From: Nostoc sp. DedSLP01
GTDB taxonomy: Bacteria; Cyanobacteriota; Cyanobacteriia; Cyanobacteriales; Nostocaceae
Assembly: GCA_034530875.2 (NCBI GenBank)
Contig: JAVRCJ020000070.1
Coordinates: 1-21,751 of the forward strand
Reading direction: 5' to 3'
DNA: 21,751 bases
Shown: one piece after another, positions 16,801 to 21,751 of the stretch
How positions within the stretch are numbered: the stretch's first letter is position 1
Layout of the letters: the number at the start of each line of letters is the position of its first letter
The notes under the pieces: generated by a model
Told to the model about the DNA's origin: nothing
Seen by the model: the letters and a program-made list of their open reading frames with translations, nothing else
Databases searched by the model: none
Program-made: the position numbers and the translations under genes

Positions 16801-18228
16801 TCGCTGGGATTCTTCTAGCAGAGCTTGACTTTTGCGCAGGGTTTCTTCAGTGCGCTTGAGGTCGGTGACATCTACCACCAATCCATCCCAAGCCACGCGT
16901 CCATCCTGTAACTTGCGTGGTGTGGAACGAAAATGGAACCATTTGAGTTGACCGCTGGGAGTTTGGATTCGCAGCTGAATATCAAACACAGATAAATTAC
17001 GCATCGACTCTTCAACAGCGGCCTGTAAACGGGGAATGTCCTCTGGGAGAAACTGGCGATAAAGCAGAGATGAATCTCTGAGTGCATCTTCTACTTTGAC
17101 TTCCATCAGTTTTTCAATTCCGCCACTCAGGTAGGAAAAGCGATCGCTGCCATCTAGTTGTCGGATTACCTGATAAACTGCGCCATTGGGCAAATTATCT
17201 CCAATCAAGTACAACATGACTTCACGCTCGTGTAAGGCGAGTTCTGTTTGTTTGCGTTCGGTGATGTCTCGCCCTTCTGGAATTAACAAAACGACTTCAC
17301 CCGTTTCATTTCGCAGCGGACGCAGCGAAAAATCGATTGTTGCGACTCGGTTATTTGCCCCAATCACATTAACTTCATAGCGGACAAACTCTCCTTTAAC
17401 TGCCAGGGCGATGGCTTGTTTTAATTGTTGTTGAGTTTGTGGTGAAATCGTCCACCAGTGTGCTTCCCAAAAAGGACGATTGATAACATCTTCTAGCTTC
17501 AGTCCGCCAAAACTGAGCGCAGTTTGGTTGGCTTCTAGCAAAATGCCATCTGGCGTTAATAAACCTGTGAATTGGAATGTGTTATTGAAAATAGCACGGA
17601 ATCGTCGCTCGCTTTCTTGTAGTGCAGCAGTGCGTTCCTGTACTTTAGCTTCTAAGTGAGTGTTGAGGGTTTGCAGATTGTGGTAAAGTTCGGCCTGTTG
17701 GATGGCGATCGCTAGTTGCACTGTCAGTCGATCGAGTAACTCTACCTCAAATTTCTGCCATTGCCGCCAAGCAGAACATTGATGCACGATAAACAGTCCC
17801 CACAGATTCAGTGCTTGCGTTTCTTGGTTATTGAGCAAAATCGGCACAACTAAACTGGCCTTCACCTGAAACCGTTCCAATAATTGAATATGGCAGTGAC
17901 TTAAACCCGCTTCGTAGATGTTCGCCGCTGTCCAAATTTTTCCTTGACTGTATTCTTCTGTTTGAGCTTGCTGCAAACAAGTATCTTCAATATCCAATTC
18001 TGAGATTGCTATCCATTCAGGTAAAACCGACTCTGCTACAACACCACCCTTCATCTGATTTGTTAACTGATATACTAATGCCCTATCCGCCTTGAGTAGC
18101 TGGCGGACTTCTTGAGTGCTAGTTGTAAGGATGTCTTGCAGTTTTAAAGATTGGCGGATATGGAGAGCGATCGCTCCTACTAGCCGTTGTTGTTCTTGCT
18201 GCTGCTCGAGCTGTTGTATTAGTTGCAT
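13879..18228 (-). CDS. Soluble cyanobacteriochrome-type GAF + 8 PAS/PAC + HisKA_2/HATPase sensor kinase
   Basis: The GAF domain has DTCL (aa 82-85) and CH (aa 112-113) motifs in the context IYEAGLSHCHIQLLERFQVKA.LVVPI. Eight PAS modules each end in a D(I/V)(T/S)-type motif. LLKEIHHRVKNNL H-box, NELVSNALKYAF, DNGIGLP, LGITLV. Confidence 0.92.
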   Translation of the reverse strand: MQLIQQLEQQQEQQRLVGAIALHIRQSLKLQDILTTSTQEVRQLLKADRALVYQLTNQMKGGVVAESVLPEWIAISELDIEDTCLQQAQTEEYSQGKIWTAANIYEAGLSHCHIQLLERFQVKASLVVPILLNNQETQALNLWGLFIVHQCSAWRQWQKFEVELLDRLTVQLAIAIQQAELYHNLQTLNTHLEAKVQERTAALQESERRFRAIFNNTFQFTGLLTPDGILLEANQTALSFGGLKLEDVINRPFWEAHWWTISPQTQQQLKQAIALAVKGEFVRYEVNVIGANNRVATIDFSLRPLRNETGEVVLLIPEGRDITERKQTELALHEREVMLYLIGDNLPNGAVYQVIRQLDGSDRFSYLSGGIEKLMEVKVEDALRDSSLLYRQFLPEDIPRLQAAVEESMRNLSVFDIQLRIQTPSGQLKWFHFRSTPRKLQDGRVAWDGLVVDVTDLKRTEETLRKSQALLEESQRVARLGNWEFELVSGKITWSKGLFDLFNRDPALLEPNYEENLQLYHPEDRQKLHQAVERAIATGESYKEILRVPQPDGSNRYFEGIGYAEFNADGKVIRLYGTAQDVTEREIALRDRQTAEETLRQSEERWQLAIVGTNEAIWDWDISTNQTFRSDRWCTILGYEPNEISSSDDEWNVRIHRDDYARVMAAQEAYLSRQVADYNVEYRLRCKDGSYRWVRSRAKGIWDEQGNPVRLIGSLGDISDVYDELRLRKLAEAALAKSEEQLRLTLEFNHIGIWDWNILTGDVIWNDNHFRLLGLEPETSTANYQLWRDRVHPEDVDRVEQAVFKALAERTNFEAEYRVIYPDGSIRWLTGKGRGVYNETGEAVRMLGVIIDVSATKQAEAALRESEARFQAFMNNSPVLAWITDTDGRVLYLNQVYLRTFKLQPDRAIEQSIFDLYPTEIAQQHFEHIRTVAQSNQVIEFIEVAPRPDGTVGEFLVYKFPILGLSGQKLVGRVAIDITERKILERELAHQQQLLDAFISSAPVGLTVLDRHLHFTLVNQALAQMNGIPAAAHIGKTVWEIIPDLARKLEPIFQHVLTIGEPVLDLEIGGETPKDPGVKRTWLVSCFPIASQTQQPIGIGFVIVEISDRKRAQQMLELQAVITRNIAEGICLIRTSDGIIVYANPKFEQMFGYDSGELIGQHVSIVNYGDQNNTPEDINQAIRAAIFQHGEATYEVHNLKKDGTPFWCSATSSVFEHPEYGSVLVAVQQDITEHKQAEEKIKASLKEKEVLLKEIHHRVKNNLGIVSSLLQMQCRRTQDPQVAAILCDSQNRIASIALVHEKLYRSEDLADIDFAQYIPDLTTHLFDSYKVSSNQIKLKIQVDNASLDIETAIPCGLIINELVSNALKYAFVGNQEGEIEVKFYQESERTLILLIRDNGIGLPENFDTKKVKTLGITLVQGLVKQLKGKLEIDSHQGTQFKISLTKNGA
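16045..16073 (-). mobile_element. 21-nt small dispersed repeat (SDR5-like) inserted in frame into a HIP1 site
   Basis: The minus strand reads GCGAT-GTCTACGACGAGCTGCGCTTA-CGC. Removing 16048-16068 restores GCGATCGC and the normal PAS ending DISDRK. Confidence 0.85.
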
Positions 18229-18290
18229 TTGCGTAATTACCCCATGAATTGCTCAAACAAAATCTCAGGAGTTAGTCTTCCCTTTACAAC
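18229..18290 (-). pseudogene. Frameshifted relic of a receiver-domain C-terminus directly upstream of the GAF kinase
   Basis: The minus strand reads VVKGRLTPEILF, then after a one-base shift near 18254 continues AIHGVITQ in frame with MQLIQQL. This resembles the (YL)VKGxLTxExLxRAI end of REC domains. Confidence 0.6.
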
Positions 18291-18320
18291 ATGATGCACT
18301 TGCTTCTGGAGAATAAACAC

Positions 18321-18358
18321 GGGGAAAGGCAAAGGGGTTTTCCCTTCCCCTTTTGCCC
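18321..18358. repeat. G/C-rich imperfect palindrome in the divergent intergenic region
   Basis: GGGGAAAGGCAAAGGGG-TTTT-CCCTTCCCCTTTTGCCC can form a hairpin (GGCAAAGGGG with CCCCTTTTGCC). Confidence 0.5.
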
Positions 18359-18429
18359 AAATCACGAAATCCGGACTTTTTATTGATTACACACTACTAT
18401 TTTTAGTCGCATAAACGCATAATAGAAAT

Positions 18430-19590
18430 GTGACCGATCTGTTCGCCCCTTTACAATCCCTTAAACAAGGTCACTGGTTCAAGCTGATCTGCGGAGCCAG
18501 TTACCAGCATCTGCCGGCAGTCAGAAGTTTAACGTTAGCCTACACTTTGGCGGGCGCTGACTGCATAGATGTCGCTGCCGATCCTGCCGTGATTGCAGCA
18601 GCCCAAGCCGGGCTAGAAGCAGCCAAGGATTTGGCTAGGGATGCCCAGAAACGAGGCTTTGGCTACAAAGGCAATTCACCTTTTTTAATGGTCAGCCTGA
18701 ACGATGGAGAAGATCCGCATTTTCGTAAAGCAGAATTTAATTATACTCAGTGCCCTACAGACTGCCCTAGACCCTGTGAAAGGATTTGTCCGGCACAAGC
18801 AATTGCGTTTAACAGTATAAAAGAAGACTTTTCGGGAGTAATAGCCCAAAAATGTTATGGCTGTGGTCGTTGTATACCAGTTTGTCCTTATGGTATAATT
18901 TATACAAGTTCGTATATGTCAACGCCGGGAGCGATCGCGCCATTGGTAATGTCAACGGGAGTAGATGCCGTAGAAATCCATACACAAGTAGGGCGGTTGG
19001 CAGAATTTGAGCGATTGTGGCAAGCAATTTCACCGTGGGTAGATAGACTAAAGGTAGTAGCCATCAGTTGTCCCGATGGCGAGGGAATGATTGACTACCT
19101 AAAAGCCCTCTATAAACTGATTACCCCACTCAAAAGTGCTTTAATCTGGCAAACCGACGGTCGCCCCATGAGTGGTGATATCGGCGATGGCACCACTCTA
19201 GCAGCGGTGAAATTAGGACAAAAAGTTTTGGCAGCAAAGTTACCGGGATATGTGCAGTTAGCAGGCGGCACAAATAGCTACACCGTTGCTAAGTTAAAGG
19301 CAATGGGACTACTCCAAGGATGGGGAGATGAGGAGATGGGGAAATGGGGAGATAACACCACCCCATCTCCCCACCACCCCACCACCCCATCACATATTGC
19401 TGGGGTTGCCTACGGTAGCTACGCCCGCGTACTGCTGTCACCGATTCTCGAACAGTTGGAGAATAAGGAGGTGAATAATACCAATTTTAAAACGACCGTT
19501 CATTTAGAAGAAGATGAGAAATTACTTTGGCAAGCTGTAGAGCTAGCCCATTCTCTCGTTTCCCAGATCAAGTCACAGCAGGAGTATTAA
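18430..19590 (+). CDS. ldpA: Light-dependent period protein LdpA (2x[4Fe-4S] circadian input component)
   Basis: WFKLICGAS.QHLP.VR.L.LAYTLAGADCIDVAADPAV N-terminus, CPTDCPRPCERICP and CYGCGRCIPVCP cluster motifs, WQTDGRPMSGDIG, QLAGGTN. GTG start. Confidence 0.93.
   Translation: MTDLFAPLQSLKQGHWFKLICGASYQHLPAVRSLTLAYTLAGADCIDVAADPAVIAAAQAGLEAAKDLARDAQKRGFGYKGNSPFLMVSLNDGEDPHFRKAEFNYTQCPTDCPRPCERICPAQAIAFNSIKEDFSGVIAQKCYGCGRCIPVCPYGIIYTSSYMSTPGAIAPLVMSTGVDAVEIHTQVGRLAEFERLWQAISPWVDRLKVVAISCPDGEGMIDYLKALYKLITPLKSALIWQTDGRPMSGDIGDGTTLAAVKLGQKVLAAKLPGYVQLAGGTNSYTVAKLKAMGLLQGWGDEEMGKWGDNTTPSPHHPTTPSHIAGVAYGSYARVLLSPILEQLENKEVNNTNFKTTVHLEEDEKLLWQAVELAHSLVSQIKSQQEY
19319..19393. repeat. In-frame octamer tandem/inverted repeat inside ldpA
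   Basis: ATGGGGAG-type units followed by CCCCACCA-type units; TGGGGAGAT (19345-19353) pairs with ATCTCCCCA (19365-19373). Confidence 0.8.
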
Positions 19591-19666
19591 TTACTCGTCC
19601 CGGACAAGTTCCTTTCATCGGGTTCTCCTGCACGCAAATGTCCTCGCTATCTCTCCAATAGAAAGC

Positions 19667-21397
19667 ATGACGATTACAGACGATCTCCAAAAGTTATTAG
19701 ACATTTTGCCCCAAGACCTGCGACAAGTACTAGAGAGTCATCCCAAACGAGATAGTTTAGTTGAAGTGGTCTTGGATTTGGGTCGCCGCCCAGAAGCTCG
19801 CTTTCCTAATCAAGCCGAGTATCTGAGCGAAAAACCCGTTACTCAAGAACAGATAGATGATTGCATTCAACGAGTTGGAACCTTTGGCGGAGATAATCGG
19901 GCAGGAATTGAGCAAACTTTGCATCGGATCAGCGCCATCCGCAACCGCACGGGCAAGATTATTGGCTTAACCTGTCGCGTCGGTCGGGCGGTGTTCGGAA
20001 CCATCGGTATGATCCGCGATTTGGTAGAAACTGGTAAATCGATTCTCATGCTGGGGCGTCCAGGCGTGGGCAAAACTACTGCTTTACGAGAAATTGCCCG
20101 TGTTTTAGCGGATGACTTGCAAAAGCGAGTTGTGATTATTGACACATCCAATGAAATTGCTGGGGATGGTGATGTTGCTCACCCCGCCATTGGTCGCGCT
20201 CGACGGATGCAAGTGGCTCATCCAGACCAACAGCATCAGGTAATGATTGAAGCAGTGGAAAACCACATGCCAGAAGTCATCGTCATTGATGAAATTGGCA
20301 CTGAACTGGAAGCTTTAGCGGCTCGTACCATTGCCGAACGTGGCGTACAGTTGGTAGGTACAGCCCACGGGAATCAGATTGAAAACCTGATCAAAAACCC
20401 CACCCTGTCTGATTTAGTCGGGGGTATCCAAGCTGTGACTCTGGGAGACGACGAAGCTAGACGCCGAGGTTCTCAAAAGACTGTTTTGGAACGCAAAGCT
20501 CCTCCAACCTTCGAGATTGCTGTGGAAATGTTGGAACGGCAACGCTGGGTAATACACGAAAGCGTTGCTGACACGGTAGATAATCTCTTGCGCGGTCGTC
20601 AGCCTAACCCACAAACGAGAACCGTTGATGACCAGGGTAAAGTCTCGATTACACGGCAATTAGCTGTGGTCAACGGTCGCGGCGGACACCTGGCAACAGC
20701 AGAGGAATCATTTCCTGCGGCACGACAGCCGAACGGCTGGCGTTCATCCGGACAAATGGTAGCACTGCCACCCTTACCCGTAGAACGGGTAACTGGACGC
20801 AGTGAGTTCGATCGCTTGCTGGATGAATCCTTCAATTATTCAGAAAGCATTGATTTGAGTGCTACCAGGCAGCCGGGACCAAATGGTGAAGATTTGCCAC
20901 TGCACGTTTATCCTTATGGCGTTAGCCGCCACCAACTCGAACAGGTAATCAGCGTGCTAACTTTGCCTGTGGTATTGACAAAAGACATAGATAGTGCAGA
21001 TGCAATTTTAGCATTGCGATCGCATGTCAAAAACCACGCCAAATTACGCCAAATGGCCAAAGCCCGTCATGTGCCCATCCACATGATTAAATCCAGCACC
21101 ATTCCCCAAATTACCCGTGGTTTGCGGCGGCTGCTGAATATCGACGACCCCGAACTCGCAGACGACCGAGAACTAGAACTGTTTTTGCACAGTGGTAGCG
21201 ATGACGAAATGGACGCCTTGGAAGAAGCCAGACTTGCTGTAGAGCAAATTGTGATTCCTAAAGGACAGCCAGTGGAGTTATTGCCGCGTTCTGCCCAAGT
21301 TCGCAAAATGCAACATGAGTTGGTAGAACATTATCGACTCAAGTCCCACAGCTTTGGCGAAGAACCAAATCGCCGCTTAAGGATTTATCCGGCGTAA
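19667..21397 (+). CDS. ycf45: Ycf45-like AAA+ ATPase (SpoIIIAA-related) with C-terminal R3H domain
   Basis: VLDLGRRPEAR, RAGIE.TLHRISAIRNR, Walker A GRPGVGKT, Walker B VIVIDEIG, GTAHG, R3H motif RKMQH...GEEPNRRLRI. Confidence 0.88.
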   Translation: MTITDDLQKLLDILPQDLRQVLESHPKRDSLVEVVLDLGRRPEARFPNQAEYLSEKPVTQEQIDDCIQRVGTFGGDNRAGIEQTLHRISAIRNRTGKIIGLTCRVGRAVFGTIGMIRDLVETGKSILMLGRPGVGKTTALREIARVLADDLQKRVVIIDTSNEIAGDGDVAHPAIGRARRMQVAHPDQQHQVMIEAVENHMPEVIVIDEIGTELEALAARTIAERGVQLVGTAHGNQIENLIKNPTLSDLVGGIQAVTLGDDEARRRGSQKTVLERKAPPTFEIAVEMLERQRWVIHESVADTVDNLLRGRQPNPQTRTVDDQGKVSITRQLAVVNGRGGHLATAEESFPAARQPNGWRSSGQMVALPPLPVERVTGRSEFDRLLDESFNYSESIDLSATRQPGPNGEDLPLHVYPYGVSRHQLEQVISVLTLPVVLTKDIDSADAILALRSHVKNHAKLRQMAKARHVPIHMIKSSTIPQITRGLRRLLNIDDPELADDRELELFLHSGSDDEMDALEEARLAVEQIVIPKGQPVELLPRSAQVRKMQHELVEHYRLKSHSFGEEPNRRLRIYPA

Positions 21398-21409
21398 CCT
21401 TACCCTAAA

Positions 21410-21437
21410 CCCCTCTCCAAATCGGAGAGGGGATTTT
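21410..21437 (+). terminator. Hairpin after the ycf45-like gene (possible intrinsic terminator or CCCCTCTCC-type dispersed repeat)
   Basis: CCCCTCTCC (21410-21418), loop AAATC, GGAGAGGGG (21424-21432), then ATTTT; begins 12 nt after the stop codon. Confidence 0.55.
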
Positions 21438-21453
21438 AATGGGAGACACGTTA

Positions 21454-21678
21454 ATGTCTTATAGAGAGTTTTCTCTGAGAAAAGTAAAACAAGACTTTAA
21501 CCTTACCCTTGTGGAAGGCGGACGGTTTTTACCGCCCATAGAACCAATTTCACCTAGTGCTTTGCTGGCTGAATTTTTAGCAGAAAGCATTCAGTTAGCA
21601 ATTGCAATGGGTTCTGAAAAAGCGCGATCGGAATTGATTATTAGCCCAATATTGTTTGAAGTCCGAAAAATTCTGTAA
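21454..21678 (+). pseudogene. 5' fragment of a conserved cyanobacterial hypothetical gene, truncated by an IS insertion
   Basis: MSYREFSLRKVKQDF...SEKARSELIISPIL.EVRKIL matches the N-terminus of a family I recall as ~200 aa. The stop codon (21676-21678) lies within the putative IS end. GGGAGA RBS at 21441-21446 favours the ATG at 21454. Confidence 0.7.
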
Positions 21679-21751
21679 GGATTCAGGTGAGAGAGTATTG
21701 ACAAAGGGGACAGTTGAGGTGGAGTATCACAAATATGAACCAAAACGTGCC
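21675..21751 (+). mobile_element. Left end and transposase start of a probable IS66-family element; runs off the window
   Basis: Begins GTAAGGATTCAGG (GTAA termini are typical of IS66). GGAG at 21721-21724 precedes an ATG at 21735 (MNQNV...). It interrupts the upstream ORF. Confidence 0.6.

Larger units (their letters stand above)
377..21023. repeat. HIP1 octamer GCGATCGC, dispersed (at least 17 perfect copies)
   Basis: Seen at 377, 635, 894, 4464, 5799, 8546, 9580, 14902, 15859, 16140, 16453, 16619, 17140, 17705, 18167, 18931 and 21016 (manual count). Confidence 0.9.

Noticed and set aside
12349..21306. Remaining 60-136 aa ORFs nested in the large kinase, ldpA and ycf45-like genes
   Set aside because: Fully overlapped by strongly supported CDSs and lacking recognisable domains.
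21698..21730. TTGACA...TATCAC as a sigma70 promoter in the IS end
   Set aside because: The spacing is 21 nt, too long for a canonical -35/-10 pair.
1..21751. Whole window as a composite transposon
   Set aside because: The two flanking IS ends belong to different families and the cargo includes core genes; contig breaks explain the layout more simply.

Overview
Chromosomal segment of a filamentous, probably heterocyst-forming cyanobacterium (Nostocales-like: at least 17 perfect HIP1 GCGATCGC sites, STRR-type tandem repeats, xisH/xisI, ldpA). Both ends fall inside insertion sequences. On the left is the end of an IS5-family (ISL2/IS702-like) element at 1-77. On the right is the end of a probable IS66-family element at 21675-21751, which truncates a conserved hypothetical gene. 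Between them lie a dihydroorotase and a tandem pair of signal peptidase I genes, the second of which has Ala in place of the catalytic Ser. These are followed by a ~14 kb block of signalling genes in two convergent arms. The + strand arm encodes a dCache-HAMP-PAS hybrid kinase, a REC-GGDEF-EAL protein and a REC-kinase. The - strand arm encodes a two-Cys cyanobacteriochrome-GAF + 8xPAS HisKA_2 kinase and a REC-PAS kinase. An orphan xisH-xisI pair sits at the junction, and ldpA and a Ycf45-like AAA/R3H gene follow the block. The most notable observations are the predicted catalytically dead LepB paralogue, the frameshifted relic of a receiver domain in front of the photoreceptor kinase, the DXCL variant of the DXCF chromophore motif, and several small repeat elements inserted in frame in coding regions. 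All calls come from reading motifs; no database search was run.
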